DNA of 63,780 bases, filler included, from Octopus bimaculoides (taxonomy: Eukaryota): assembly GCF_001194135.2 (NCBI RefSeq). It is 4 parts of 4 records of this genome, joined end to end, with 100 filler letters (N's around TTAATTAATTAA, not from the genome) between each part and the next. Parts side by side here need not be neighbours in the genome. Positions count along the whole stretch, not along the records: positions 1 to 18,365 come from NC_068986.1; positions 18,466 to 39,282 come from NC_068989.1; 2 more parts are not named here. One strand, 5' to 3'. This document shows, piece by piece, positions 14,399 through 26,480 of this stretch. The notes under the pieces are model-generated. The model saw nothing but the letters and a program-made list of their open reading frames with translations, was not told the DNA's origin and made no database searches. The translations under genes were made by a program, and so were the position numbers. Within the stretch, counting starts at the first letter, position 1, and each line of letters opens with the position of its first letter.

Positions 14399-14685
14399 CA
14401 TTCGATAATATATCTGGAGAAATTTAATGACGAATAGGTAAGGATTAAGTATTGATATGTGTAACTTTCTTTTAATATCGTACATTTACCTAATTCATTA
14501 TGTTTTGCCCAAGATGCTAGTTGATGTAAAATATTTTACTGATTACTGAAATTATCGTCACTGATTAAACAATGCTCTACTGTCTAATTCTTTAATTTGT
14601 ATGCTCTACGATGAATGTAACAACTTCATAATCATCACATCTCCACAGAATGCTCTTTGGGTTAACTGAATATGTTGAGGATTTC

Positions 14686-16935
14686 ACAGTTCTATATTTA
14701 AGAGATGAGGAATTATGTATATTATTTATATTATTTATGTTATTTACATTTGACGGATATTTGTCCTTATCTTGTTTGTTGTTAACACAAAGTTTCGGCT
14801 GATATACCCTCCAGCCTTCTTCAGGTGTCTTCCGGAAATTTCGAAACTGGATTCTCATTCTCATTCCTAAGGTATTTTTCGATGTTTCTATTTTGTTGGA
14901 TTTCTTAATGAGAATGTCAAGGAATGGAAGCTGGTGATGGCTATATTCCATTGTAATGAATGTTTATGTCAAGTCCATTTAGAAGGGTTTGAAATTCCTG
15001 ATGCGTTTCTATACTTTCCTGCCAAAGTAGGAAGCAGTCATCTACATTATTCTAGTTATTTTCTATGTAGAGATACACTGGGTTGCCGTATTTTTCGAGG
15101 ATCTTACGATAAAGATTGATTTCTAGGTATCGCACGACTACGTTAGCAAAGGAGGAGGTCATTCTCGTACGCATCACAGTCACCGATTTTCGTCCACAGA
15201 ATTTGTCTTTGAAGACGAAGTTAATTTTCGAGACGAATTTAGCCCTTCTATTACGAATTCTTTATTGATACCGTGTGAGAGTTCTTTGGTGTAATTCTTT
15301 AGCCAGAAATGGATTGCTTCTATTCCTACGCTGTGTGGGATATTAGAACAGAGGTAGACTACAGAGAAGGATACTAGTAGGGTGTTTTTATTTATTGTTT
15401 CAGAGAGGTGATTGAGTATATCCAGGTCGTCCCTTATGTAGCTTTCGATATGTTTGGGGAATGGTTTTAAGAGGGTATCTAAAATATTATTCTGGTGGTG
15501 AGTGTCGCATTCGGGACCTGCTATTATAAGCCTTAATTTGAGGTCATTAGGAGAAGGTAACTTGATTATTATGTCTATGGTTCCCATGCATGCGTTACTT
15601 ATTTTCTTCACTTTTGTGTAAGATAGGAATACCGTAGAATTGATTGGATTTACTTTTGAAGTTAGTCATATAGTCTTATTCCTTCTCTGTATAAGTTCAA
15701 AATAAATTTTTTTTTTTTTTTTTGGTTTCTCATTATTTTCTGCTGACTGTAATGGTGGATCTTTTCATAATATGTTGTTATATAGCATACCGTGTTCGTT
15801 AAGACTACTGCACTCCCTCTATCAGCCACTTAAATTGTTATTGATTTATCATCCTTTAATCTGTTCAGCTCAGCCCATACATTTTTTGCCGAAGTTTGCC
15901 TTGTGTTTTTGTTAGTGTATATGTTGACAAGGGTAAGTCGCGATTTAATCACAGAAATGGTCAAGAATTTTGTTGTTACCTCTTCATGGGGTGTAGGTAC
16001 TTCTTTCTCGTACTAACGATTAGTCGTCGTTTCTAGCTGTTGCAATTCAACAACGTGCTCTTTCCGCAACGTTTTCTTTCATTTCGCTGTAGTTGGGGCA
16101 CTGGTGTGGGTGAGTGTAAATTTGAGCTATTTGTAGAGTATGTTGATTTGGTTTGGTGTCAGTTCTTTTTTGGTTAAATTGATGACTTTTATCACTTTGG
16201 GTGTCTTCTGTCTGTCTGGTGCTATCTCGTATCCCTGTTTTTGCTTACTGGTTCTAAAAAATGATTGAGGTGATTGGGACGGTAGCTGTTCTGTAGTTGT
16301 GCCTTGATATTTTGGAGAACCCTGCTGTTGTGATTTATGTTGCGAGTTCTTGGATGGGTCCCTATATCTCATGTTCGGGTGTGGTCCTTTAGAGGGCCGT
16401 CGTTGGTAATTATTTCGTGTGGTACGGTTTTCTTGTGCGTGGATGTTAAGTGGATTGTTGGTGTAACAATTCCATTGCTATATTTTTATGGGAGTGGGAG
16501 GAAGGTTTGTAATGTCAATCTCTGTTTGATGATGGGGTGCTCCCGATGTTAGGTTAGGTCCTGTATTATTTTGTTTCTTTTTGACAGGAGAGGTGGTTCC
16601 GTTTTTTTTTTTACATAGGTGTTAATCTGTGTTTTGAGTGTTGTTTGATTTTGTAATTTGTACGAAAGTGTTGTTTTTAGGAAAGCGTATACTGAAGCGT
16701 AGTCTAAAAACCAAGTGGCGCTTTTATACCAGCATTGGAGGGATTTCCATTCTTCTTCCTGCCAATCCCCTTTCCGTTATTTGGAGATCTTCAGTCATTT
16801 TGTTAATTTCTTCGTTGATCTCTTTATTGATGGATTTTAATTTATCTTCATTCGTCTGTGCACTCAATTTTAGAAGGTCTGTTTCCATCATTTATTCCAG
16901 TTCCATTCTTTTCCTATGGCGTTTTTGTGCCTCAG
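14686..16935 (-). mobile_element. Internally deleted Penelope-like retroelement ending in a hammerhead-bearing tail
   Basis: Minus-strand remnants VINLTKKELTPNQINILYK-LKFT, ILDTLLKPF...YIRDDLDILNHL...NIPHSVGIEAIHFWL and MEYSHHQLPFLDILIKK are typical of PLE RT; 14686-14885 matches the tail of the 32-kb element. Confidence 0.85.
14784..14829 (-). ncRNA. Minimal type I hammerhead ribozyme, degenerate at stem III
   Basis: GACAC-CUGAAGA-A-GGCUG(g)agggua(u)aUCAGCC-GAAAC-UUU-GUGUU; G16.2 replaced by U relative to the 32.6-kb copy. Confidence 0.7.
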
Positions 16936-16967
16936 ATTTATCTATATATGTATATATCTGTTCACAG

Positions 16968-17007
<40 letters not shown>

Positions 17008-17654
17008 ACACGCNNNNNNNNNNNNNNNNNNNNNNNNNNNNNNNNNNNNNNNNNNNNNNNNNNNNNNNNNNNNNNNNNNNNNNNNNNNNNNNNNNNNNNN
17101 NNNNNNNNNNNNNNNNNNNNNNNNNNNNNNNNNNNNNNNNNNNNNNNNNNNNNNNNNNNNNNNNNNNNNNNNNNNNNNNNNNNNNNNNNNNNNNNNNNNN
17201 NNNNNNNNNNNNNNNNNNNNNNNNNNNNNNNNNNNNNNNNNNNNNNNNNNNNNNNNNNNNNNNNNNNNNNNNNNNNNNNNNNNNNNNNNNNNNNNNNNNN
17301 NNNNNNNNNNNNNNNNNNNNNNNNNNNNNNNNNNNNNNNNNNNNNNNNNNNNNNNNNNNNNNNNNNNNNNNNNNNNNNNNNNNNNNNNNNNNNNNNNNNN
17401 NNNNNNNNNNNNNNNNNNNNNNNNNNNNNNNNNNNNNNNNNNNNNNNNNNNNNNNNNNNNNNNNNNNNNNNNNNNNNNNNNNNNNNNNNNNNNNNNNNNN
17501 NNNNNNNNNTATGTGCGTGGGGGTGTTGTATGCATCTATATAAATTTATATGTATAAATATATATATATATGTGCGTGTGTGTGTGTGTGTGTGTGTGTT
17601 TGTGTGGGGGAGGGGTGCGTGTATTTCTGTGTGTCTGTGTGTCTGTGTGTGAAA

Positions 17655-17845
17655 GCACAGAGCTCAATGGTTGAGCCTCCGGCTTAAAATCGTAGTTTTC
17701 TGAGTTCGATTTCCGTGCCGAGCTCCGATGCGTACTTGAGGAAGGCACTTCATTTCAAGTTGGTTCAGTTCACGTAGATGTAGAAATGAGTTGTGACGTC
17801 ACTGGTACCAACCTGTCTCAGGTTTATCTTTCCCTTGGATAACAT
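17655..17845 (+). mobile_element. Degenerate tRNA-derived SINE
   Basis: A-box-like gctcaatggtt and B-box gagttcgatttcc followed by a body resembling family C. Confidence 0.5.
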
Positions 17846-18904
17846 ATATGTACGTGTTAAGTGTGTAAATATTTCTATATTTGTAAATTTATTTGTTTTT
17901 TTCAGGTAGATATACATGTACGTTTTTGCATAGATGTTTTTTGTGCTTTTTCTATGTATATTGTACCGAAGTATGTATATGTTCTTAGCGTATACATATA
18001 TAACGTTCTACTATAGAAAATATCAAAGGAAACCTATTTATATGAGCCTAGGTCAAAATTAGTGATTATGTTTCAGTGAAATATAAATTGTATCCGTAAT
18101 CTAAATATTATGATCAACTACACATGAGCATATAGGAAATTAGAACTCATAATCATTCGAAATCGATTGAGACTATTTCTTATCGTTTATTATGGCAATT
18201 GAATCTAATTGTGAATAATCCTTAAGAATTCCATTGATTCCTACTTCTATGTAATATACTTTCATATTGTTTCTGTTTCTCTCTGTGTGTCTCTCTTCCG
18301 TATATATATATAGACATATTTACAAACATATATACACACGCACAGAAGGAAACACACACACATACNNNNNNNNNNNNNNNNNNNNNNNNNNNNNNNNNNN
18401 NNNNNNNNNTTAATTAATTAANNNNNNNNNNNNNNNNNNNNNNNNNNNNNNNNNNNNNNNNNNNNATATATATATATATATATACCTATATACATGCATG
18501 TGTATATATACATATGTGTGTGTGTGTGTGTGTGTGTATACATATACACTTATATACTTATATATATATACATATAATATAGATATATAGATATAAATAT
18601 GTATGTATATACGTGTGTGTGTATACATATTCATATATAGCCATACGTGTAGATATATACTTTAGCGCAATAGCATGTGAGTGAATGTGTGGATGTGTGT
18701 ACGCGTGTGTACGTGTGTGTGTGCGTGTGTGTATGTGTGTGTGTGTGTGTGTAGACATTCATGTAAATACTAACATCAGATACCCTTGCCGCCAGGGTAT
18801 CGAGTTCCCCATCCTGTCAGCAGCCATCTTTTGTCAGTTGATGGCAGCCAGGAATCAGATAACCTTCAGCCACCCACTCTGACTCTCCCTCTCCGTGGTT
18901 TCAG

Positions 18905-19084
18905 GTTCTATCGAAGACTATCCGTTGTCGACCAATTACTGAGACGCTGTTAAACATGTTGACACTTCCTAGACAACATCGTGAGGAAAGCAAACCGAAA
19001 CAGCGTCCGCCAAACAATAACAACATATTGCTTGCGCGCCATCATCATCAAGAAAAACATCATCATCATCATCATCATTATTAA
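18905..19084 (+). CDS. Candidate terminal exon of an unidentified gene
   Basis: Strong acceptor ctctccctctccgtggtttcag; frame 0 open for 59 codons (VLSKTIRCRPITETLLNMLTLPRQHREE...HHHHHHY*); alternative frame FYRRLSVVDQLLRRC*. Confidence 0.3.
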   Translation, partial: VLSKTIRCRPITETLLNMLTLPRQHREESKPKQRPPNNNNILLARHHHQEKHHHHHHHY

Positions 19085-19110
19085 TATCATCATCATCATC
19101 ATCATCATTA

Positions 19111-19145
<35 letters not shown>

Positions 19146-19310
19146 TACAGCTGCACTATACTTATCGTCATCGTGGCCGTAGTTGTCTTCGTCATTGATG
19201 TCTGTCATTGTCATCATAATCATCATCTTTAAACTCCTCCCCTCCTCTTCCTCCCCTCCTCTTCCTCCCCTCCTCTTCCTCCCCTCCTCTTCCTTCCCTC
19301 CTCCCCTTTC
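19035..19310. repeat. (ATC)n/(AAC)n/(CTC)n compound trinucleotide tract
   Basis: Direct reading. Confidence 0.9.
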
Positions 19311-19330
19311 TCAGCTGACGCCCCCTCAGA

Positions 19331-19880
19331 TATATACGACGGGCTTCTTTCAGTTTCCGTCTACCAAATCCACTCACAAAGTTTTGGTCGGCCCGAGGCT
19401 ATAGCAGAAGACACCTGTCCAAGGCGCCACGCAGTGGGACTGAACCCGGAACCATGTGGCTCGTAAGCAAGCTACTTACCACACAGCCACTCCTACGTTT
19501 GTATATATTTTACCTTCAACTTATTTCAGTCTTTAGACTGCCGCTGTGCTGGGAGTTCACCCTGGAGTATTTAGCGGAACAAATCGACCACATTACTTAT
19601 TTTCATAGTGTTACTTATTCCATTCTCTGTTTGCCGAACTACTAAGTTGAGGAGAAGTCAGACTATGGTGGGAGACATACAGAAAAACACATACATACAC
19701 ACACGCATACACTCACATACAACGGGCTTCTTTCAGTGTCCGTTTACCAAATCCACACGCAAGGCTTTATCTTGATCCGGGGCTATAGTTGAAGACGCTT
19801 GGTGCGCAGTGGAACTGAATCCAAGACAGAACCTAAAGTTGGGAAGCAAGCTTTTTACCACACATCCACGCCCACACCTA
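19331..19880 (-). mobile_element. Two adjacent SINE family A copies
   Basis: Reverse complement of the family A head/body (gggcttctttcagtttccgtctaccaaatccactcac...) occurs twice. Confidence 0.8.
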
Positions 19881-20936
19881 TGCGTTATAAATGTTATGGA
19901 TCCCGATATTTTAATCATATGCTGTTTTTAGAGCGTGTGTTGATTCAATTCTAACCTGTCCACTTTTCGCCTAATGCTACTGTACGGTACTTTGAGCACA
20001 CATCTTTTCTACTATAGACTCAAAGTGTCGCAAAAGTTTATGAAAAAGAATATGTGTAAAAATACGAAGGAAAGTACCCCTTTGNNNNNNNNNNNNNNNN
20101 NNNNNNNNNNNNNNNNNNNNNNNNNNNNNNNNNNNNNNNNNNNNNNNNNNNNNNNNNNNNNNNNNNNNNNNNNNNNNNNNNNNNNNNNNNNNNNNNNNNN
20201 NNNNNNNNNNNNNNNNNNNNNNNNNNNNNNNNNNNNNNNNNNNNNNNNNNNNNNNNNNNNNNNNNNNNNNNNNNNNNNNNNNNNNNNNNNNNNNNNNNNN
20301 NNNNNNNNNNNNNNNNNNNNNNNNNNNNNNNNNNNNNNNNNNNNNNNNNNNNNNNNNNNNNNNNNNNNNNNNNNNNNNNNNNNNNNNNNNNNNNNNNNNN
20401 NNNNNNNNNNNNNNNNNNNNNNNNNNNNNNNNNNNNNNNNNNNNNNNNNNNNNNNNNNNNNNNNNNNNNNNNNNNNNNNNNNNNNNNNNNNNNNNNNNNN
20501 NNNNNNNNNNNNNNNNNNNNNNNNNNNNNNNNNNNNNNNNNNNNNNNNNNNNNNNNNNNNNNNNNNNNNNNNNNNNNNNNNNNNNNNNNNNNNNNNNNNN
20601 NNNNNNNNNNNNNNNNNNNNNNNNNNNNNNNNNNNNNNNNNNNNNNNNNNNNNNNNNNNNNNNNNNNNNNNNNNNNNNNNNNNNNNNNNNNNNNNNNNNN
20701 NNNNNNNNNNNNNNNNNNNNNNNNNNNNNNNNNNNNNNNNNNNNNNNNNNNNNNNNNNNNNNNNNNNNNNNNCTGCACATTCAGGATGTGATCGTGGGGA
20801 TGGGGTGAGAGAGTTGCACCAATGTCTCCGGCTGATTAAATCCGGATATACATGATTGCCATGTTTCCGCTGTAAGTGCAACTCAGCGCCTGTCAAACGA
20901 AACAAGACATTGCTCGTGTTATATTCTGATTTACCG

Positions 20937-21160
20937 AAGGTGGCGAGCTGGTAGAAACGTTAGCACGCCGGGAGAAATGCTTAGCTGTATTTCTTCAGTC
21001 TTTACTTTCTGTGTTCAAATTTCGCCGAGGTCGACTTTGCCTTTCATCCTTTCGAGGTCGATAAATTAAGTACCAGCTGCATACTGGGGTCGATCTAATC
21101 GACTGTCTCCCGTCCCCAAAAATTTCGGGCCTTGTGGCTAGAGAAGAAAAGTATATTGTA
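20937..21160 (+). mobile_element. SINE family B copy (tRNA head plus conserved central domain)
   Basis: ggtggcgagctggtagaaacgttagcacgccggg...gttcaaatt...gactttgcctttcatcctttcgaggtcgataaattaagtaccag; the central part resembles the Deu/Nin-type SINE domain (recollection). Confidence 0.85.
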
Positions 21161-21599
21161 ATTTACCTGAAAATTCATTGACTTAACCGAGTTATTTCTA
21201 TGGCAAAAGCTGGTAGATTATCAAAATCGTTAGGGCGCCAGACCAAAATGCTATACCGTTGTTGTTTTGTAGCTCTTTACATCTGTCCTCAAATCCCGTC
21301 TCACCGTAATCAAAATAAATTACATGATAACTACTGGAGGGGTCTATGATACTGACCAATCATTACCTCACAAAATTACTGGCCTTATAAACCTAAATCA
21401 TAAACCCTTATTTTATAACACTAAATTGATCAAGACTTTCCTCGTGTGGCAGTCTTCTATAAAAAATCTGTACCAATAACCACTTTTCATTTTTCAGGCT
21501 TTAACCGTTACACCCTTCACTTCTCTAAGCGGACAGTTCCCTGTCTGACATGCTTACTTTGCTTATGACAGCACATCAAAGGTGATGACTACATCGATC

Positions 21600-21830
21600 T
21601 AAGACACTCACCCTCCTCCACCTCCGGTAGATTGTTTCTCGTGGGAGCTGACGTAGCTGAGAAAATCAATACGAAATAGAAAGACCCTGTGTCACTGAGG
21701 GCACTCAAAATGACTCCCAATAACAGCGACAGGGTCTTGATGACAACGTCTCCTCCTCTCTTCATGCAGTCTCCTACGTTCCGTTTCGAAGCGCTCTACT
21801 CCCATCGAACCTGTCTGGCATACAAATATC
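21600..21830 (-). mobile_element. RTE-BovB-like LINE 3' coding remnant
   Basis: Minus frame GVERFETERRRLHEERRRR...FECPQ*HRVFLFRIDFLSYVSSHE resembles the C-terminal CxxC...SRIGLxSH zinc finger of RTE ORF2. Confidence 0.7.
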
Positions 21831-22287
21831 ATAACTATCCTTTCATTGCGCAGTCAACTATTTAGGTCTGCTTTGCCCCAATATTCATACACTAAATGAG
21901 CATTAAATATCATTAAAATTTAAACGCGTTATGCGAATATAATTAATATATATAAAAACTGCTTAACATACAATGTCAACCAAAGTTGTTTTTTTTTTGA
22001 ATTTTTATAGTATATAAATCAGTGTCAGATGATAATTAAAACAGTACAAATATCACATTGAAATGACTCATTTAATTTTTTATTTTTATAATTGTTCACC
22101 AAGAATTAAAAAAAAAATATCACTTGAAAACTTCTTTTGATTTTTCTTTCTCACACTTAAAAGAAAAACGAACTTATATTTACACGATAAACGATAAACG
22201 TCACCTTTTCAAAGCCTAGCCAGGCTCATGGGCCCGGTTTCCCGGTTTCTATAGCGTATCTATCTATCTGACTATCTATCCATCCGT

Positions 22288-22330
<43 letters not shown>

Positions 22331-22369
22331 CTAAGCATTTATGTATTGCTATAATGTGTAAGGACGCAT

Positions 22370-22660
22370 AGCCTAAGGGTTAGGATGTTGTGCTCACGAT
22401 CGTGAGATCCTGGTTTCAATCATCGGACCGAGTGGCGCAGTGCGTTATGCTGTGCTCTGCATCAAAACGCTTCATCTCACGTTGCCCTGTGATCACTTCG
22501 ACATCTGATGTGCCGCACACCGTGCACCTGTTGAGGCAACGTCGATTTGATGGAAGGAGTGAGCTAATGTACAGCATAAACATTTGATCACATTAAACAA
22601 ATCATTTGTGCAGCTTATTCAGAAAGAAATTGCACGCGAACCGTCGTCTTCGGACTACAA
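22370..22660 (+). mobile_element. tRNA-derived SINE (distinct family)
   Basis: A-box-like tagcctaagggtta and B-box-like ggtttcaatc head followed by a non-coding body. Confidence 0.5.
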
Positions 22661-22849
22661 GAGACTAGCATAATCGTTGCTACAATATATAAATGTGTGT
22701 GTCGATTGCGCTTACCTGCATAGCCCCATTAAATGTTTTGAATAAGTAATACTTTCATATATTACGTAATGAAATAAGAATAAAACTATTATGCTTTATT
22801 TTTAATTTACACTGCGTTTCTATTTTCAGGAAATTTGCTTCTGCTCTAC

Positions 22850-23290
22850 CCAGGTCAATCTATTTCTGAAAAATGGAGAGCCACCATCAGCAACCACAAG
22901 AAGATCCAGACCTTCATCAACAAATGTCTCCGGCAGATCCTCCATCTGAAGTGGTTCGACACAGTGCCAAACACCGACCTGTAGGAAAGGGCCAACCAGG
23001 AGCCCGTACATGTTCAGATTAGACGAAGGAAATGGAGATGGATCGGACACACACTGCGGAAAGAATCCTCAAATGTGATACGACAAGCACTTGACTGGAA
23101 CCCACAGGGAAAAAGGAAGCGAGGACGCTCGAAGCAGACATGAAAGCAGACATTTTGGACGAGCTCAGGACCACCGGCCTGACATGGGAAGCAGCCAAGA
23201 AACACGCCAATGACCGCAAAAAGTGGAAAATAACTGTTGAGGCCTTATGCCCCACAAGGAGCAAAAAGGATTAAGAGATAAGAGAGCCTC
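22850..23290 (+). mobile_element. RTE-clade LINE 3' fragment
   Basis: [53 protein letters not shown]...[11 protein letters not shown]; short repeat tail gattaagagataagagag. Confidence 0.85.
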
Positions 23291-24299
23291 TTATGAAATT
23301 CTTTGATTCCCTTTGATAGTTTTCAACCACTCAATCTTAGCCAGATTCAAATATACCGGTAATGACTAACACAGCTTGAATTACGTAGGCCACCTTAGTT
23401 TTTGTTGGCCATGCATGTGCTAATGTATCTGTAGAACAAGTATAGATTTCGTTTTTTTTTGGGGGGGGGGGCGGTGTAACACGTAAGCCTCTTCACACCG
23501 CGCGTCCGTTGTTTATGCAAGAGAAAGGCGGCAGACATGAGCTTATGCAACTGAACACGAGTTTGAGAGCAAACGTTGCTGCAGGAATGCAAAGGACCAG
23601 CCTGAACAGATAATGCACGGTTTCTTGCTTGATTCTCTGACCTTTCGGAGAAACCACCAATCTAGATTGGTACGCTTTCATCAACTCCAGAAGTAAGAAA
23701 GGCAAGGTTCACCTCAGTGGGGTTTGAACTCAGAGTGCAGACATTCGGGATAAATACTGCAAAGCATTCTAACGATTTAATGAGTCTGCCACTGGCATAT
23801 TCAATGAAAAACTTAGGATCATCCGCATCACAAATGAATTGAGTTAATCACAGTCTGATAGAGTCGATGATAAAAATGACAAAATGGCGTCTATTTACCG
23901 CTGGTGTTAAAACTAACTCGTTACAAATTTTATCTTCAATAAAGATTTATTTGCTGAAGAGATTTGTTGTAGTTAAAATTGGGATAAAAACACAGAAGAG
24001 TTTGAACTTCTATAGTCATTAAGTGGTATGAACAACCTAACTATATTTGACCCGTTTGCATCGAGTTGTTTGACTACTGCTCAACAAGAAAATAGAGGCT
24101 TCTATAAATCACTTTATTCATAAAATTTAATAGATATTGAATTTTGTGTTATTTTAGCCAACATTTTACACCAAAACCATTTATCAAAACATGCAATTAA
24201 TTAATTGATCAATTTTACAAAGGTTCTATATTGTGAAAATTTACAAACATAATCGAATTAGGTTATGAAACTGAATCAATCAATCAATCACTCAATCAA

Positions 24300-24302
24300 T
24301 TA

Positions 24303-24389
<87 letters not shown>

Positions 24390-24476
24390 CATCCGTCCAT
24401 CCATCCATCCATCCATCGCTCTGTCTGTCTATCTAACTGTCTGTGAGTCTATAAGTATATCTCTCTCTCTCTCTCA

Positions 24477-24513
<37 letters not shown>

Positions 24514-24550
24514 ACACACACACACACGCGCGCGCGCGCACACACACACA
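24300..24550. repeat. (TCTA)n(CCAT)n and (CA)n microsatellites
   Basis: Direct reading. Confidence 0.95.
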
Positions 24551-24867
24551 GTACTTCTAAATATAGAACTCACAATTTAATTAAGCCCGTTGCATGCGAA
24601 TCTTCAAAGAACCTCTCAACTTTTCCTTTGTCCATGTTTGGTAAGAGACTTAATCGTATCTTAAACACTAACATAATAGAAAAAGCCAGTTTCCTTATTA
24701 AGTCAAACACATAAACAGTTCAATTCCCTTTTCAATTATTTCCCCAATAGTCTGAGCAGTCTATTACGAAGTCTCACCATATTTTCGTCGCGCATCTGCT
24801 TCCTCGTTAAATATATTTCCACTGCTTCTGTGGGATATCACATATACTCTTTACTCTTTCGCTTGTT

Positions 24868-25097
24868 TCAGTTATTTGACTCTGGCCATGCTCGAGCACC
24901 GCCTTTAGTCGAGCAAATCGACCCCAGGACTTATTCTTTGTAAGCCTAGTACTTTATCTATCGGGCTCTTTTTGCCGAACTGCTAAGTTACGGGGACGTA
25001 NNNNNNNNNNCGAGCTTCTTTCAGTTTCCGTCTACCAAATCCACTCACAAGGCTTTGGTCGGCCCAAGGCTATAGTAGAAGACACTTGCCCAAGGTG
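24868..25097 (-). mobile_element. SINE family A copy (spans a small gap)
   Basis: ccatgctcgagcaccgcctttagtcgagcaaatcgaccccagg...cacaaggctttggtcggccc. Confidence 0.85.
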
Positions 25098-25489
25098 TGT
25101 TTTTTTTATGAATCTCGTCAGTTTTTCTATTTTCCAGTTTTTCGTTGTCACTTTTCCCTCTTTTCGTATGGTTCTTTGTGTAAACATATATTCAGCTTGA
25201 AGCATGTGTATGTTTAATATTAGTGTGCTTATATGATTGTGTTTGTGTGTGTTTGTGTGTGTGTGTGTGCTTGTATGTGCATGCGTTATGTGTGTGCATT
25301 GTGTGTGAGTACGTGCGTGTGCTTAAAGAACGGTGCCAAGTAACGGTGTTTCGGGGTTTTCCCAAGAGATCCAGTTACTGAAACTTACCGTTAGCGTTAT
25401 CTAATAAGATAAAGATGATGTAAGATCTGTGTTGCAGGTGTTGTTGTCGATGATGTTAGATAAATAACTTATGGCGTCATTTTCGCTGC

Positions 25490-26350
25490 AATCATCATCA
25501 CCACCATCATTATCATCACCATCATCATCACCATCATCATCATCACCATCATCATCATCACCATCATCATCATCACCATCATCATCTCCTCCTCCTCCTC
25601 CTCCTCCTCCACTTCTCCTCCACTTCTCCTCCACTACTCCTCCNNNNNNNNNNNNNNNNNNNNNNNNNNNNNNNNNNNNNNNNNNNNNNNNNNNNNNNNN
25701 NNNNNNNNNNNNNNNNNNNNNNNNNNNNNNNNNNNNNNNNNNNNNNNNNNNNNNNNNNNNNNNNNNNNNNNNNNNNNNNNNNNNNNNNNNNNNNNNNNNN
25801 NNNNNNNNNNNNNNNNNNNNNNNNNNNNNNNNNNNNNNNNNNNNNNNNNNNNNNNNNNNNNNNNNNNNNNNNNNNNNNNNNNNNNNNNNNNNNNNNNNNN
25901 NNNNNNNNNNNNNNNNNNNNNNNNNNNNNNNNNNNNNNNNNNNNNNNNNNNNNNNNNNNNNNNNNNNNNNNNNNNNNNNNNNNNNNNNNNNNNNNNNNNN
26001 NNNNNNNNNNNNNNNNNNNNNNNNNNNNNNNNNNNNNNNNNNNNNNNNNNNNNNNNNNNNNNNNNNNNNNNNNNNNNNNNNNNNNNNNNNNNNNNNNNNN
26101 NNNNNNNNNNNNNNNNNNNNNNNNNNNNNNNNNNNNNNNNNNNNNNNNNNNNNNNNNNNNNNNNNNNNNNNNNNNNNNNNNNNNNNNNNNNNNNNNNNNN
26201 NNNNNNNNNNNNNNNNNNNNNNNNNNNNNNNNNNNNNNNNNNNNNNNNNNNNNNNNNAGCAGCAGCGGTAGCAGCAGCGGTAGCAGCAGCAGTTGTAGTA
26301 GTAGTGGTAGCAGCAGCAACAGCAGAAGCAGCAGCAGCAGTAGTAGTAGT

Positions 26351-26418
<68 letters not shown>

Positions 26419-26480
26419 AGGTGATAATAGTGGTGGTCGTGCAAGAGAAGTTGATGACGATGATGTTGATAATGATAATG
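25490..26480. repeat. (CAT/CAC/CCT)n tract, gap, then (GCA/GTA)n tract
   Basis: Direct reading; explains the poly-S, poly-D, poly-L and poly-C ORF calls. Confidence 0.9.
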
